A model generated the notes under the pieces. That model made no database searches. It worked only from the letters and a program-made list of their open reading frames with translations, and was not told the origin of the DNA. The position numbers were made by a program, and so were the translations under genes. Positions 16,776 to 33,819 of a stretch of 64,000 nt of DNA are shown piece after piece. Every line of letters starts with the position of its first letter. Position 1 is the first letter of the stretch. The stretch is from Nitrospiria bacterium (GTDB lineage Bacteria; Nitrospirota; UBA9217): the NCBI GenBank assembly GCA_919901555.1, contig CAKKPG010000082.1, positions 4,693 through 68,692 of the forward strand, in the 5' to 3' direction.

Positions 16776-17318
16776 ATGGCGAAGAACTGGTATGTGGTGC
16801 ATACCTATGCGGGTTTTGAAAACAAAGTAAAGGCGGGCATCCTTGAGACGGTTGTCAAGCTGGGGCTCCAGGACCGGATATCTCAGATCCTCGTGCCCAC
16901 CGAAGAGGTGTTGTCCCTCAAGGGCGGCAAAAAACGCAAGTCCCAGAGGAAGTTCTTCCCGGGGTACGTCCTCGTGGAAATGGATCTGGACGATACGACG
17001 TGGCACATCATCAAGGACACGCCCAAGGTGACCGGGTTCGTCGGCGGCAGCACGAACCCCACGCCGCTCAGCGAAGATGAGATCCGGAATATCCTTAAGC
17101 AGGCTGAGGAGGGCGCTGTTGCGCCGGTGCAGCCGAAGCAGATGTACGAGAAAGGGGACCGCGTCCGGGTCACCGACGGGCCGTTCAGCAATTTTATCGG
17201 TACCGTGGAAAATGTGAACCCCTCCCACGGCAGACTGACGGTCATGGTGAGTATTTTCGGACGTTCCACGCCGGTCGAACTTGAGTTCCTTCAGGTGGAA
17301 CGGGAAAAAGAAAAGTAA
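16776..17318 (+). CDS. nusG: Transcription termination/antitermination factor NusG
   Basis: MAKNWYVVHTYAGFENKVK NGN domain plus C-terminal KOW (GDRVRVTDGPFSNFIGTVE). Confidence 0.95.
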   Translation: MAKNWYVVHTYAGFENKVKAGILETVVKLGLQDRISQILVPTEEVLSLKGGKKRKSQRKFFPGYVLVEMDLDDTTWHIIKDTPKVTGFVGGSTNPTPLSEDEIRNILKQAEEGAVAPVQPKQMYEKGDRVRVTDGPFSNFIGTVENVNPSHGRLTVMVSIFGRSTPVELEFLQVEREKEK

Positions 17319-17367
17319 AAATGCACAGTCCAAAATGCAAAAAATTAAGGTAGGGTAGGAGTTATCC

Positions 17368-17793
17368 ATGGCAAAAGAAATCACGGCAAAAATCAAACTG
17401 CAGGTCCCGGCAGGCAAGGCGAACCCTGCACCGCCCGTCGGCCCGGCCCTGGGCCAGCACGGCGTGAACATTATGGAGTTCTGCAAGGCCTACAACGCCA
17501 GGACCCAGAAGATGGGAGACACCATTGTTCCCGTCATCATCACGGTGTATTCGGACCGGTCCTTTACGTTCATTACCAAAACCCCCCCGGCGGCGGAACT
17601 CCTGAAAAAGGCAGCGGGGATCATCAAGGGTTCGGGCGTACCCAACAAGGACAAAGTGGGCAAGGTAACACGCACACAGATCCGGGAGATCGCCCAGCAG
17701 AAGCTTCCCGACCTCAACACGATCAGTGTAGAGTCGGCCATGCGCACCGTAGAAGGCACGGCGCGGAGCATGGGGCTGGAGATCGTAGAATAA
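17368..17793 (+). CDS. rplK: 50S ribosomal protein L11
   Basis: [38 protein letters not shown] conserved L11 N-terminus. Confidence 0.95.
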   Translation: MAKEITAKIKLQVPAGKANPAPPVGPALGQHGVNIMEFCKAYNARTQKMGDTIVPVIITVYSDRSFTFITKTPPAAELLKKAAGIIKGSGVPNKDKVGKVTRTQIREIAQQKLPDLNTISVESAMRTVEGTARSMGLEIVE

Positions 17794-17880
17794 ATTGTAA
17801 ATTGAAAATTGCAAATTGGAAATTGTAAAGTGAAAGCCGCAAATTTGCAATTTGACATTTCCAATTTACATTTTCCAATG
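17793..17880. repeat. AT-rich heptamer-repeat palindromic element (E3): 5x AAATTGN, then inverted NCAATTT block
   Basis: aaattgtaaattgaaaattgcaaattggaaattgtaaag tgaaagccg caaatttgcaatttgacatttccaatttacattttccaat. Confidence 0.65.
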
Positions 17881-17936
17881 ACTTTTTCATTTTTGCGGGA
17901 GGTCGACAACGGCCGCTATCACCGCGAGGAGGAACC

Positions 17937-18635
17937 ATGGCAGGAAAGAAGTATACGGCAGCTGCGGCACTGGTGGATGCAAAAAAACACTACAGCCTTG
18001 AGGAAGCCATCGGGCTGGCAAAGAAGACGGCACGGACAAAGTTCGACGAAACCGTTGACCTGGCGGTAAACCTGGGCGTCGATCCCAAGCAGGCCGACCA
18101 GATGGTGAGGGGAACGGTTGTTCTTCCCCATGGGACGGGTAAAAAAGTCCGGGTCCTGGTCTTTGCCAAGGGAGAGAAAGAGAAAGAGGCCCGGGAGGCG
18201 GGAGCCGATCACGTGGGCGCCGAAGAACTTGTCGAGAAGGTCCAGAAGGGCTGGATGGAGTTCGATACCGTCGTGGCCACACCGGACATCATGGGTCTCG
18301 TGGGGAGGCTTGGAAAGGTGCTCGGTCCCCGGGGCCTCATGCCGAATCCGAAGACCGGCACGGTCACCTTTGATATCGCCAAGGCCATCAAGGACATCAG
18401 GGCCGGTAAAGTTGAATACCGCGTTGAAAAGGCCGGCGTCGCGCATGTGCGCGTGGGGAAGGCGTCTTTCGACGAGGCGAAATTAGTGGAAAATGCGCGG
18501 GCAGTACTGGAATCGATTCTCAAGGCCAAGCCCTCCTCGAGCAAGGGCAAGTATCTTAAGGCCGTGACGGTTTCCACGACCATGGGACCGGGCATCAAGA
18601 TGGACCCGGCCCTCATTGAGAAAATAGTAGATTAG
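17937..18635 (+). CDS. rplA: 50S ribosomal protein L1
   Basis: Conserved L1 family sequence ([25 protein letters not shown]); 232 aa. Confidence 0.95.
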   Translation: MAGKKYTAAAALVDAKKHYSLEEAIGLAKKTARTKFDETVDLAVNLGVDPKQADQMVRGTVVLPHGTGKKVRVLVFAKGEKEKEAREAGADHVGAEELVEKVQKGWMEFDTVVATPDIMGLVGRLGKVLGPRGLMPNPKTGTVTFDIAKAIKDIRAGKVEYRVEKAGVAHVRVGKASFDEAKLVENARAVLESILKAKPSSSKGKYLKAVTVSTTMGPGIKMDPALIEKIVD

Positions 18636-18639
18636 TCGC

Positions 18640-18860
18640 AGGTTATATTTTTGCCAGAGAAAAGGTCGGCCTCCTGAACGGGAGGTGCGGTCCGAGACAG
18701 CAGGCACGGAAGGGAGAAGAGGCGTTGCTCCCGACCGTTTAATCCCGCTCCAGGGCCTGCCGAGACCCGGGTAGAAAGAAAGATTGCAGGCAGATATGCG
18801 AACTCTTTCTTTTAAGATTCCCGGGCAGTAGTCATCGGGAACTCTTGAAAGAAAGGAGGA
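18640..18860 (+). promoter_or_regulatory. Putative rplJL (L10) leader region
   Basis: 220-nt GC-rich structured untranslated region between rplA and rplJ, where the L10(L12)4 autoregulatory leader lies in most bacteria; assigned by position only. Confidence 0.35.
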
Positions 18861-18864
18861 TAGC

Positions 18865-19377
18865 GTGAGGAAAGACGAGAAAAAAGAGCTTATCGACGAG
18901 CTCCGCGAAAAATTTTCCCGGGCCAAGGTGGCGGTGCTTACGGGCTACACGGGGATCAACGTGGAGCAGATAACCGACCTCCGGACCAAGCTGAGCAGGT
19001 CGAAGGTTGAGTACCGGGTAGTGAAAAACACGCTGGCCCGAAAGGCCGCGGAAGGCACCACCCTCGAGCTGCTGAAGGACTACTTTGTCGGTCCCATCGG
19101 GGTTGCGCTCGGGTACGACGATCCGGTCATCCCTGCCAAACTGCTTCACGAATTTCAGAAAGAGCAGATCAAGCTTGAACTGAAGGTCGGCGTGCTCGAC
19201 GGCAGACTGATCAAGCAGGCGGACATCAAGGCGCTTGCCAACCTGCCGTCGCTGAATGCGCTCAGGGCCAGGATCATCGGGCTGCTGCAGGCGCCGGCAT
19301 CGCGCATCGTCGGTGTGCTTGCGGCCCCGGGCGGGCAGATCGCCAGGGTGCTGAAGGCGAAGGCGGAAAAAGGGTAA
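18865..19377 (+). CDS. rplJ: 50S ribosomal protein L10
   Basis: GTG start; conserved L10 family; 170 aa. Confidence 0.95.
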   Translation: MRKDEKKELIDELREKFSRAKVAVLTGYTGINVEQITDLRTKLSRSKVEYRVVKNTLARKAAEGTTLELLKDYFVGPIGVALGYDDPVIPAKLLHEFQKEQIKLELKVGVLDGRLIKQADIKALANLPSLNALRARIIGLLQAPASRIVGVLAAPGGQIARVLKAKAEKG

Positions 19378-19428
19378 CGGTATTTTGTCGTGAACAACGT
19401 TTGAACTATTCCAGGAGGAAACAGAACA

Positions 19429-19812
19429 ATGGCAGATTTGGCAAAGATCGTTGATGAACTGAGCGGGCTCTCCGTTCTCGAAGCTGCGGAACTGAGCAAG
19501 ATGCTCGAAGAGAAGTGGGGCGTTTCCGCTGCCGCTCCCGTAGCAGTTGCAGCCGCGGGCGGCGCAGGCGGAGCCGGCGCCGCAGCAGCGGCAGAAGAAA
19601 AGACCGCCTTTGACGTGGTCCTGACCTCGGCAGGCGACAAGAAAATCAACGTGATCAAAGTCGTCAGGGAACTCACGGGACTCGGCCTGAAAGAGGCCAA
19701 GGACCTGGTGGAAGGCGCGCCCAAGCCGGTGAAGACCGGCGTCTCCAAGGAGGAATCGGAGACGATGAAGAAGAAACTGGCCGAAGCAGGCGCTGTTGTC
19801 GAGATCAAGTAA
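19429..19812 (+). CDS. rplL: 50S ribosomal protein L7/L12
   Basis: Ala-rich hinge [23 protein letters not shown]-terminal domain [27 protein letters not shown]. Confidence 0.95.
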   Translation: MADLAKIVDELSGLSVLEAAELSKMLEEKWGVSAAAPVAVAAAGGAGGAGAAAAAEEKTAFDVVLTSAGDKKINVIKVVRELTGLGLKEAKDLVEGAPKPVKTGVSKEESETMKKKLAEAGAVVEIK

Positions 19813-19837
19813 CGGCCATCGATGCCGTTCGATTGCC

Positions 19838-19890
19838 AAGTCCTTGCCCTCCGGAAGCGCCGGAGGGCAAAGGACTTTTTTGCGTTTTTA
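19838..19890 (+). terminator. rplL-rpoB intergenic attenuator/intrinsic terminator
   Basis: 17-bp stem aagtccttgccctccgg / ccggagggcaaaggactt with aagcg loop, followed by ttttttgcgttttt. Confidence 0.75.
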
Positions 19891-19992
19891 GGTATACGTC
19901 GCGGAAGGCTGTCGGGACGGCCCGGGCAGGCCCGGAAATCAAGAATGCCGGTCCGAGGCGTCGCGCACCGCCGGTTATTTAAACAGAGGTGA

Positions 19993-22900
19993 ATGAACAT
20001 GTCGAAAGAGAAGAGAGAATTTGTCCGCGTGCGGAAAGATTTTTCCCGGATCCCCACGATTTTGGAGATCCCCGATCTCATAGAGATACAGAAACGGTCC
20101 TATGATTACTTCCTCCAGAAGGAGCTCGCATCCGACAAGCGCAGGGACAGAGGGCTTCAGGCCGCCTTCAAGAGCGTTTTCCCCATCTCCGATTTCAATG
20201 ATACCAAGATGGTGGACTGCCTCGGCTATTCTCTGGGCGAGCCGAAGTATACCATCTGGGAGTGTCTCCAGCGCGGATCCACCTTTGCCGCACCGCTGAA
20301 GATCAAGACCCGCCTCGTGTTTTTTGAGAAGGACGAGCAGACCGGGGCCAAGCGGGTGAAGGACATCAAGGAGCAGGAGGTCTATATCGGCGACCTTCCG
20401 CTCATGACCGAGAACGGGACGTTTATCGTGAACGGGACGGAGCGTGTCGTGGTGAGCCAGCTCCATCGCTCGCCCGGCGCGTTCTTTACGCACGACAAGG
20501 GGCGGACGCACGCCAGCGGCAAGATCCTTTATTCCGCCCGGATCATCCCGTACCGCGGCTCGTGGCTCGACTTCGAATTCGACGTGAAAGACATTGTATA
20601 CGTACGGATCGACCGGAGGAGAAAGATACCCGCCACCATTCTCCTCAAGGCCTTCGGGTATTCCAATGAAGACCTCCTTCGGATGTATTACCCTATCGAG
20701 GACATCAGGGTGAAAAAAGACGGCTTTACGCGGGGCGTGAACGCCGACGTGCTCACCGGCATCAAGGCGCCTGCCACGATCACCGACAAGGCAACGCGCG
20801 AGGTGATCGTCAAGGAAGGGGCCAAGATCACCCGCCTGGCCATCAAGAAGATGGAGTCCGCGGGCATCACCGAGATCCCCATTCCGCGCGAAGAACTGAT
20901 CGACCGCATCGTGCTTCGCGACGTCATCGACCCCGAGACGGGCGAGGTGCTCCTGCCGGCGAACGAAAAGGTCACCGACGCCTTTCTTACGAAGGTCGCT
21001 TCCAGCAAGGTGGAGCGGATGGAAGTGATCTACATGGACGGTATCCACGTCATCTCGGCCATGCGCGATACCCTTCTTGCCGACAAGGTGCAGTCTCCCG
21101 ACGAGGCGCTCATGGAGGTCTACCGCAAGATGCGCCCCGGCGAGCCGCCGACGGTGGAGATGGCCAGAAATCTCTTCACGGGGATGTTCTTCAACGCCAA
21201 GCGCTACGATCTCTCCAATGTCGGACGATTGAAGCTCAACAAAAAACTGAAGCTCGATATACCGCTCGACAAGACCACGCTCACCCCCCAGGATGTGGTC
21301 GAGGTGATCCGGTACCTCGTCAACCTGCGCACCGGACGGGGCGAGGTGGACGATATCGATCATCTGGGGAACCGCAGGGTGCGGTCCGTGGGCGAACTCC
21401 TCGAAAACCAGATTCGCGTAGGCCTGGCACGGATGGAGCGTGCCATCAAAGAGCGCATGAGCCTCCAGGACATGGATGCGCTCATGCCGCACGACATCAT
21501 CAATCCCAAGCCGGCAATCGCCGCGATCAAGGAATTTTTCGGCTCCAGCCAGCTCTCGCAGTTCATGGACCAGACCAATCCCCTCGCGGAGATCACGCAC
21601 AAGCGCAGGCTTTCGGCCCTGGGGCCCGGCGGCCTCACGCGCGAGCGCGCGGGGTTCGAGGTGCGCGACGTGCACCCCACGCACTACGGCAGGATCTGCC
21701 CCATCGAGACGCCGGAAGGTCCGAACATCGGGCTCATCGTCTCGCTCGCCACCTATGCGCGGGTGAACGACTACGGCTTCATCGAGGCGCCGTACCGCAA
21801 GGTCAAGGGCGGCAAGGTGACTGAGGACATAGAATACCTCTCGGCAGTCGACGGCGAGAACTACGTGATCGCCCAGGCCAACACGCCCATCGACAGCCGC
21901 GGCAAGATGGCCGTTGACAGCGTGTCCGCGCGCGTGGGCGGCGAGTTCAAGATGGTGACCGCTGAAGAAGTGCAGTACATGGACGTTTCGCCCAAGCAGA
22001 TCGTCTCGGTCTCGGCGGCGCTCATCCCCTTCCTGGAAAACGACGACGCCAACCGCGCGCTCATGGGTTCGAACATGCAGCGCCAGGCGGTGCCGCTCCT
22101 CCGTCCGCAGGCGCCGGTGGTGGGCACCGGCATGGAGCGGGTGGCGGCCCGGGACTCCGGTGCGATCGTTTCCGTCAAACGGGACGGGGTCGTCGATGGC
22201 GTGGACTCCACGCGGATCGTGGTCAAGGGCGAGGATGCGCGGGGCAGGACGGTGGTCGACACCTACCAGCTCACCAAGTTCCACCGCTCGAACCAGAACA
22301 CCTGCATGAACCAGAAGCCCATCGTGCGCATCGGCGACAAGGTGAAGAAGGGCCAGGTCGTTTCCGACGGCCCGGCCACCGACCTGGGAGAACTGGCCCT
22401 GGGCCAGAACGTGCTCGTGGCCTTCATGCCCTGGAGCGGGTATAACTTCGAGGACGCCATCATCATCAGCGAGAAGCTCGTCAAGGAAGACCGCTACACC
22501 TCGATCCACATCGAGGAATTCGAGATTGAGGCCCGGGACACCAAGCTCGGCAAGGAAGAAATTACGCGCGACATCCCGAACCTCGGCGAAGAGACCCTCA
22601 GGAACCTCGACGAGAACGGGATCATTCGCGTCGGCGCCGAAGTGATGCCCGGGGACATCCTCGTGGGCAAAGTGACGCCCAAGGGCGAGACGCAGCTCAC
22701 GCCGGAGGAGAAGCTCCTGCGGGCCATCTTCGGCGAAAAGGCCGGCGACGTCCGCGACGCTTCGCTCTATGCGCCGCCGGGCATCGAGGGCACGGTCATC
22801 GACGTGAAGGTCTTCTCCCGCAAGGGCGAGGACAAGAACGAGCGGCTGAAAACCCAGGAGAGCGAGGAAATCGCCCGGCTGCAGAAGGAGTACCAGGAAG

Positions 22901-23994
22901 AGAAAAAAGCGGTCATGGAGGACAAGTACAAGCGCATCCGCCGGATCCTCCTCGGGAAGACCGCTGCCGATAAGGTGGTGAACTCCAAAACGGGCAGGAC
23001 CGAACTGGCCAAGGGCAAGAAGATCGCGGCCGAGGTCCTCGACAAGCTCCCGGAAAAAGACCTCGCAAAGGTCAAAGTCGAGTCTCCGGACTATCCCGCC
23101 AAGCTCCAGGAAGTCCTTGACAGCAGCGAAAATCAGCTCAATATTCTTGAGACCGTCTACGAAGAGAAGATCGGCAGGCTGAAGCGGGGAGATGATCTCC
23201 CGCCGGGCGTGATCAAGCTGGTGAAGGCCTATGTGGCCATGAAGCGGAAGCTCTCCGTGGGCGACAAGATGGCAGGCAGACATGGAAACAAGGGCGTGGT
23301 CTCGCGGATCGTGCCCGAAGAGGACATGCCCTACCTGCCGGACGGTTCACCCGTTGAGATCGTGCTCAATCCCCTCGGCGTCCCGTCCCGTATGAACGTG
23401 GGGCAGATCCTCGAGACCCATTTGGGCTGGGCCGCAAAGGCGCTCGGCATCCATGTGGCGACGCCCGTGTTCGACGGCGCCAGGGAGGACGACATCCGCT
23501 CGATGCTGAAGCAGGCCAAACTCCCGAATACGGGCCAGTCCGTTCTCTATGACGGGAGGACCGGGGAGCCCTTCGACAAGCCGGTGACCGTGGGCTACAT
23601 GTACATGCTCAAGCTTCATCACCTTGTCGATGACAAGCTGCATGCCCGCTCCATCGGACCCTATTCCCTCGTGACGCAGCAGCCCCTGGGCGGCAAGGCC
23701 CAGTTCGGCGGCCAGCGTCTCGGAGAAATGGAGGTCTGGGCCCTCCAGGCATACGGCGCGGCCTATTGCCTGCAGGAATTCCTGACCGTCAAGTCCGACG
23801 ACGTGACCGGGAGGGCGAAGATTTACGAGGCCATCGTAAAGGGTGAAAACACCCTCGAGCCGGGCCTTCCCGAGTCCTTCTACGTGCTCATTAAAGAGCT
23901 CCAGAGCCTCTGCCTGGATGTGGAGCTCTTCGATCGCAAGAGCGGCAAGGAGCGCGTGATCGTGCTCGATAAGATCAGCGCAGCGAGGCAGTGA
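19993..23994 (+). CDS. rpoB: DNA-directed RNA polymerase subunit beta
   Basis: 1333 aa with conserved beta-subunit regions throughout. Confidence 0.97.
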   Translation: MNMSKEKREFVRVRKDFSRIPTILEIPDLIEIQKRSYDYFLQKELASDKRRDRGLQAAFKSVFPISDFNDTKMVDCLGYSLGEPKYTIWECLQRGSTFAAPLKIKTRLVFFEKDEQTGAKRVKDIKEQEVYIGDLPLMTENGTFIVNGTERVVVSQLHRSPGAFFTHDKGRTHASGKILYSARIIPYRGSWLDFEFDVKDIVYVRIDRRRKIPATILLKAFGYSNEDLLRMYYPIEDIRVKKDGFTRGVNADVLTGIKAPATITDKATREVIVKEGAKITRLAIKKMESAGITEIPIPREELIDRIVLRDVIDPETGEVLLPANEKVTDAFLTKVASSKVERMEVIYMDGIHVISAMRDTLLADKVQSPDEALMEVYRKMRPGEPPTVEMARNLFTGMFFNAKRYDLSNVGRLKLNKKLKLDIPLDKTTLTPQDVVEVIRYLVNLRTGRGEVDDIDHLGNRRVRSVGELLENQIRVGLARMERAIKERMSLQDMDALMPHDIINPKPAIAAIKEFFGSSQLSQFMDQTNPLAEITHKRRLSALGPGGLTRERAGFEVRDVHPTHYGRICPIETPEGPNIGLIVSLATYARVNDYGFIEAPYRKVKGGKVTEDIEYLSAVDGENYVIAQANTPIDSRGKMAVDSVSARVGGEFKMVTAEEVQYMDVSPKQIVSVSAALIPFLENDDANRALMGSNMQRQAVPLLRPQAPVVGTGMERVAARDSGAIVSVKRDGVVDGVDSTRIVVKGEDARGRTVVDTYQLTKFHRSNQNTCMNQKPIVRIGDKVKKGQVVSDGPATDLGELALGQNVLVAFMPWSGYNFEDAIIISEKLVKEDRYTSIHIEEFEIEARDTKLGKEEITRDIPNLGEETLRNLDENGIIRVGAEVMPGDILVGKVTPKGETQLTPEEKLLRAIFGEKAGDVRDASLYAPPGIEGTVIDVKVFSRKGEDKNERLKTQESEEIARLQKEYQEEKKAVMEDKYKRIRRILLGKTAADKVVNSKTGRTELAKGKKIAAEVLDKLPEKDLAKVKVESPDYPAKLQEVLDSSENQLNILETVYEEKIGRLKRGDDLPPGVIKLVKAYVAMKRKLSVGDKMAGRHGNKGVVSRIVPEEDMPYLPDGSPVEIVLNPLGVPSRMNVGQILETHLGWAAKALGIHVATPVFDGAREDDIRSMLKQAKLPNTGQSVLYDGRTGEPFDKPVTVGYMYMLKLHHLVDDKLHARSIGPYSLVTQQPLGGKAQFGGQRLGEMEVWALQAYGAAYCLQEFLTVKSDDVTGRAKIYEAIVKGENTLEPGLPESFYVLIKELQSLCLDVELFDRKSGKERVIVLDKISAARQ

Positions 23995-24028
23995 GAGAGC
24001 GGTTCTGACAGCCGCAGGGAGGTTCATT

Positions 24029-28162
<4,134 letters not shown>

Positions 28163-28189
28163 GCCGTTGCCACCCTGTTGGTAGTATCC

Positions 28190-28230
28190 AGCGGGCGGGG
28201 GGAGGGTAGACGCTCCCCCGCCGCTTTTGT
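28190..28230 (+). terminator. Probable intrinsic terminator after rpoC
   Basis: GC-rich hairpin gcgggcggggggag-ggtagac-gctcccccgccgc followed by ttttgt. Confidence 0.5.
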
Positions 28231-28276
28231 CATGGTTCTTTTAAGGCCGGTTTTTTATCAACAGATCAAAAAAGTC

Positions 28277-28305
28277 TTGACAATAAAAAAGTTAGCTGAT
28301 ATAAT
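28277..28305 (+). promoter_or_regulatory. Consensus sigma70 promoter of the str operon (rpsL-rpsG-fusA-tuf)
   Basis: TTGACA (28277-28282), 17 bp spacer, TATAAT (28300-28305); ~75 nt upstream of rpsL. Confidence 0.7.
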
Positions 28306-28381
28306 GCCCAGGTTTTGACTCAATGTAGAAAAAGTTATTGTCTTTCTTAGGTTTTTTACGTTATTTGAAGGGGTGGAATTC

Positions 28382-28753
28382 GTGCCGACAATTAATCAAT
28401 TAGTGAGAAAAGGCAGGTTTTTGATCGGAAGCAAGACCAAGAGTCCTGCGCTCAGGAGCAGCCCCCAGAAAAGAGGGGTCTGTATCAGGGTGTATACCAC
28501 GACGCCCAAAAAACCGAACTCAGCTCTCCGGAAAGTTGCCAGGGTGAGGCTCACGAACGGGATGGAGGTAACGACGTACATACCGGGCGTCGGCCACAAC
28601 CTTCAGGAGCACTCTATTGTGCTCATCCGCGGCGGCAGGGTGAAGGACCTCCCGGGCGTCCGCTACCATATCGTTCGGGGCACTCTTGATACGGTGGGTG
28701 TAGCAAATCGGAAGCAGGGCCGTTCAAAGTACGGGGCGAAGAGGCCGAAGTAA
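28382..28753 (+). CDS. rpsL: 30S ribosomal protein S12
   Basis: Start moved to GTG 28382 to give canonical [13 protein letters not shown]-terminus; conserved PNSALRKV, 123 aa. Confidence 0.95.
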   Translation: MPTINQLVRKGRFLIGSKTKSPALRSSPQKRGVCIRVYTTTPKKPNSALRKVARVRLTNGMEVTTYIPGVGHNLQEHSIVLIRGGRVKDLPGVRYHIVRGTLDTVGVANRKQGRSKYGAKRPK

Positions 28754-28842
28754 GGGACAAGCACGAAGCACGAATTTCTCAATCCTCATCTCCCGCATTT
28801 CGGATTTGGAGATTAGAATTTAGAGTTTGCCAAGGAAAAATT

Positions 28843-29313
28843 ATGCCGAGAAAACAGGTAGTCGTAAAAAGGGAGATTCTCCCCGATCCGAAATACAACA
28901 GCAAGCTTGTGGCGAAGTTCGTGAACATGCTCATGCGGAAGGGCAAGAAGAGCACGGCGGAGGCCATTTGCTACAAGGCGCTCAACCGGATCCAGGAAAA
29001 AACGTCGGGCGACGCCATCGCCATTTTCAAGAAGGCCGTGGAAAACCTGAAGCCGTCCCTTGAGGTGAAATCGCGCAGGGTGGGTGGAGCATCCTACCAG
29101 GTCCCGGTGGAGGTCAAGCAGACGCGGAGGCTGTCCCTGGCATTCCGCTGGCTCCGGATGTATGCGTCGCTGCGGCCCGAAAAATCCATGGTTGAAAAGC
29201 TCGCCGGAGAAATTCTCGATGCATCGAACAACACCGGCGCGGCAATAAAAAAGAAGGAAGATGTGCACCGCATGGCAGATGCAAATAAGGCATTCGCCCA
29301 CTATCGCTGGTAA
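28843..29313 (+). CDS. rpsG: 30S ribosomal protein S7
   Basis: [28 protein letters not shown] conserved S7 N-terminus; 156 aa. Confidence 0.95.
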   Translation: MPRKQVVVKREILPDPKYNSKLVAKFVNMLMRKGKKSTAEAICYKALNRIQEKTSGDAIAIFKKAVENLKPSLEVKSRRVGGASYQVPVEVKQTRRLSLAFRWLRMYASLRPEKSMVEKLAGEILDASNNTGAAIKKKEDVHRMADANKAFAHYRW

Positions 29314-29330
29314 GGCGTTCAATTGTATAA

Positions 29331-29400
29331 ACTCCCCTCACCCCTCCCCCTCTCCCCTGGTGGGAGAGGGAAAAGGGAGAGGGGGCTTCATCGGAGGCGG
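29331..29400. repeat. GC-rich REP-like palindromic element, copy B
   Basis: actcccctcacccctccccctctcccctggtgggagagggaaaagggagagggggcttcatcggagg; near-identical to 2362-2425. Confidence 0.7.
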
Positions 29401-29408
29401 AGGAAGTT

Positions 29409-31502
29409 TTGGCCAGGCAGTATTCACTTGAAAATACAAGAAACATCGGTATCATGGCGCATATCGACGCCGGTAAAACGACGACGACGGAGCGTATTCT
29501 TTATTATACCGGTGTCTCCTATAAGATCGGCGAAGTGCATGACGGCACCGCGGTCATGGACTGGATGGTGCAGGAGCAGGAGCGCGGCATCACCATCACC
29601 TCGGCCGCGACGACCTGCTTCTGGCGGGACAAGCGCATCAACATCATCGATACTCCCGGCCACGTGGACTTTACCATCGAGGTGGAGCGTTCGCTCCGCG
29701 TGCTCGACGGCGCCGTGGCGGCCTTCGACTCGGTGAGCGGCGTCGAGCCCCAGTCCGAGACCGTGTGGCGACAGGCGGACAAGTACGATGTCCCGCGCAT
29801 CGCGTTCATGAACAAGATGGACCGCATCGGCGCGGACTTCTACATGAGCGTCCAGAGCATGATCGACCGGCTTGGAGCCAACCCGGTGCCGATTCAGATT
29901 CCGGTCGGCGCAGAGGACAAGTTCCGTGGTTGCGTTGACCTTGTTAAGATGAAGGCGGTTCTGTTCGACGACGAGACCCTCGGCGCAAAATACGCAGTGG
30001 AAGACATCTCTGCGGATCTCCTGCCCAAGGCAAAAGAGTACCGGGAAAAAATGATCGAGAAACTGGCCGACGTGGATGATACGGTCATGGAGAAGTTCCT
30101 GAACGGCGAGCAGCCGACGGAGGCCGAGATCATGGCCGCGATCCGCAAGGGTACGATCGCCATGAAGATATTCCCGGTCATATGCGGATCGGCGTTCAAG
30201 AACAAGGGTGTGCAACTTCTTCTGGATGCAGTAGTGGATTACCTCCCGTCACCGTTGGACATTCCGCCGGTAACGGGCATCGGCCCCAAGGGCGAGGAAA
30301 TAGTTCGCACTGCATCGGACAGCGAGCCCTTTGCGGGCATAGCGTTCAAGATCATGAGCGATCCCTTCGTGGGCCAGCTCACGTTCATTCGGGTCTATTC
30401 CGGAACACTGAAGTCCGGCTCCTATGTGTACAACTCTACCAAGGGTGTCAGGGAGCGTGTCGGCAGGCTGCTCAAAATGCACGCGAACAAGCGCGAAGAG
30501 ATCGAGCAGATCTATTCCGGCGATATCTGCGCGGCTGTGGGACTCAAAAGCACGCTCACGGGCCATACACTCTGTGATGAAAACAAACCCGTCATCCTGG
30601 AAGCCATGATCTTCCCGGAGCCGGTGATCTCCGTGGCCATCGAGCCCAAGACCAAGGCGGACCAGGAAAAGCTGGGCTTCTCGCTCCAGAAGCTCATGCA
30701 GGAAGACCCGTCGTTCCGCGTGATGACCGACCAGGAGACCGGGCAGGTCATCATCTCCGGTATGGGAGAGCTTCATCTGGAGATCATCGTCGACCGCCTT
30801 TTGCGCGAGTTCAAGGTTGACGCGAACGTCGGCAAGCCTCAGGTGGCGTACCGCGAAACGGTTCGGAAGAAGGTTACGGCAGAAGGAAAATATATACGTC
30901 AAACCGGCGGCCGCGGCCAGTACGGGCATGCGGTGCTTGAGCTCGAGCCGCAGGAACCGGGCAAGGGATTCGAGTTTGTGAATAAGACCGTCGGCGGCTC
31001 GGTTCCCAAGGAATACGTTATGCCGATACAAAAGGGGATCGTAGAGGCCATGGAGAACGGTGTGATTGCCGGCTATCCCATGGTCGACATCAAGATCACC
31101 CTGATCGACGGCTCGTATCATGACGTAGACTCATCGGAAATGGCATTCAAGATCGCGGGCTCCATGGCCTTTAAAGAAGGCGCGAACAAGGCTTCGCCGG
31201 CTTTGCTCGAGCCGATCATGGCAGTCGAGGTCGTGTGCGCCGAGGAGTACATGGGCGATATCATCGGCGACCTCAGCTCGCGCCGCGGCCGGGTACAGGG
31301 CATGAATGTAAGGGGTGCGGGACGGGTCATCACGGCGCAGGTCCCGCTGTCCGAGATGTTCGGGTATGCCACGGACATCCGCTCCAAGACCCAGGGCAGG
31401 GCCACGTACACCATGCAGTTCGCGCACTACGAAGAAGTGCCGAAGAATATCGCCGAGCAGATCATCGCCAAGGTAAAAGGCGAAACGGTCAAGACGAAGT
31501 AA
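29409..31502 (+). CDS. fusA: Elongation factor G
   Basis: TTG start after ggaggcggagg; [17 protein letters not shown] GTPase motifs; 697 aa. Confidence 0.97.
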   Translation: MARQYSLENTRNIGIMAHIDAGKTTTTERILYYTGVSYKIGEVHDGTAVMDWMVQEQERGITITSAATTCFWRDKRINIIDTPGHVDFTIEVERSLRVLDGAVAAFDSVSGVEPQSETVWRQADKYDVPRIAFMNKMDRIGADFYMSVQSMIDRLGANPVPIQIPVGAEDKFRGCVDLVKMKAVLFDDETLGAKYAVEDISADLLPKAKEYREKMIEKLADVDDTVMEKFLNGEQPTEAEIMAAIRKGTIAMKIFPVICGSAFKNKGVQLLLDAVVDYLPSPLDIPPVTGIGPKGEEIVRTASDSEPFAGIAFKIMSDPFVGQLTFIRVYSGTLKSGSYVYNSTKGVRERVGRLLKMHANKREEIEQIYSGDICAAVGLKSTLTGHTLCDENKPVILEAMIFPEPVISVAIEPKTKADQEKLGFSLQKLMQEDPSFRVMTDQETGQVIISGMGELHLEIIVDRLLREFKVDANVGKPQVAYRETVRKKVTAEGKYIRQTGGRGQYGHAVLELEPQEPGKGFEFVNKTVGGSVPKEYVMPIQKGIVEAMENGVIAGYPMVDIKITLIDGSYHDVDSSEMAFKIAGSMAFKEGANKASPALLEPIMAVEVVCAEEYMGDIIGDLSSRRGRVQGMNVRGAGRVITAQVPLSEMFGYATDIRSKTQGRATYTMQFAHYEEVPKNIAEQIIAKVKGETVKTK

Positions 31503-31551
31503 CGCAGTACATAGATAGTACGCAGATACTTTCCGACAGGAGGCGGAGGAC

Positions 31552-32751
<1,200 letters not shown>

Positions 32752-32769
32752 CAAGGGAAGGGACCGCAC

Positions 32770-33075
32770 GTGACTCAGAAGATCAGGATACGATTAAAGG
32801 GATATGACCACCGGCTGCTCGACCAGTCCGCGCTGGAGATCATGGATACGGCTAAGAGGACCGGCGCCAAGGTGTCGGGCCCGATTCCCTTACCTACCCG
32901 GATCAACCGCTGGACCGTGCTCCGCTCGCCCCACGTGGACAAGAAATCGCGGGAGCAGTTCGAGATCAGGACGCATAAGCGGCTCCTCGACATTCTGGAT
33001 CCGACGCCCCAGACTGTTGACGCGCTTATGAAGCTCGATCTGGCAGCGGGCGTTGACGTTGAGATCAAGCTGTAA
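32770..33075 (+). CDS. rpsJ: 30S ribosomal protein S10
   Basis: GTG start; [16 protein letters not shown] conserved. Confidence 0.95.
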   Translation: MTQKIRIRLKGYDHRLLDQSALEIMDTAKRTGAKVSGPIPLPTRINRWTVLRSPHVDKKSREQFEIRTHKRLLDILDPTPQTVDALMKLDLAAGVDVEIKL

Positions 33076-33097
33076 ACGCAATTATTGCAGAAGAAGG

Positions 33098-33174
33098 CGA
33101 AATGTAAAGGGCAAAATTTCAGGTCTGCCCCTGCCACTTTACATTTTGCAATTTGAAATTTGCATTTTGCATTG
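33098..33174. repeat. AT-rich heptamer/palindromic spacer element (E4)
   Basis: aaatgtaaagggcaaaatttcaggtctgcccctgccactttacatttt palindrome followed by gcaatttgaaatttgcattttgcattg (7-bp units). Confidence 0.6.
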
Positions 33175-33185
33175 AGGACGCTGCC

Positions 33186-33797
33186 ATGAGCATGGGAATA
33201 ATCGGAAAAAAAATCGGCATGAGCCAGCTGTTCAACGGCGGGGAGATGATCCCCGTTACGGTGATCCAGGCGGGGCCGTGCAAGGTCGTTCAAAAGAAGA
33301 CCGTCGAAAAGGACGGATACGAGGCTTTGCAGCTCGCCTTTCAGGAAGAGAAGAAGAAAGAGCGTGTGACGAAGCCGCTCGCCGGGCATTATCAGAAGGC
33401 GAACGTGGCGCCCCATCGGTTCCTGCGAGAGTTCCGCGCGGCGGGTTTTGAGCAGGGCCAGGACGTTACGGTCGAGATCTTTAAAAAAGGCGATTTCATC
33501 TCCGTGACGGGCGTCAGCAAGGGTAAGGGTTTCGCCGGCGTCATGAAGCGGCATAACTTTGCCGGCGGTCCCGGCAGCCACGGCTCCATGTTCAACAGAG
33601 AGCCGGGTTCCATCGGGGCCAGCGCCTATCCGTCGAGGGTTTGGCCGGGCAAGAAGCTTCCCGGTCATATGGGAGCGGCAACCGTCACGGTCAAGAATCT
33701 CAAGGTCGTTGATGTGCGTCCCGAGCAAAACCTGCTGTTTGTGCGCGGCGCAATACCGGGCGGCGACAATGCTCTGGTCCTGATCTATAAGGATTAA
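33186..33797 (+). CDS. rplC: 50S ribosomal protein L3
   Basis: Start moved to ATG 33186 ([12 protein letters not shown] canonical L3 N-terminus); 203 aa. Confidence 0.93.
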   Translation: MSMGIIGKKIGMSQLFNGGEMIPVTVIQAGPCKVVQKKTVEKDGYEALQLAFQEEKKKERVTKPLAGHYQKANVAPHRFLREFRAAGFEQGQDVTVEIFKKGDFISVTGVSKGKGFAGVMKRHNFAGGPGSHGSMFNREPGSIGASAYPSRVWPGKKLPGHMGAATVTVKNLKVVDVRPEQNLLFVRGAIPGGDNALVLIYKD

Positions 33798-33819
33798 GAG
33801 GAAATAGGGGATTATTCCA

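Noticed and set aside
19975-23283. 1102-aa minus-strand ORF antisense to rpoB (similar long antisense ORFs: 23975-25468, 25535-26362, 26408-27769 opposite rpoC; 30249-31121 opposite fusA; 32775-33857; 53102-54415; 54486-56384; 56453-57799; 18832-19839)
   Set aside because: All lie opposite strongly conserved housekeeping or signalling genes. Their translations are Arg/Gly/His/Leu-rich low-complexity strings typical of the antisense frame of high-GC genes, with no motifs
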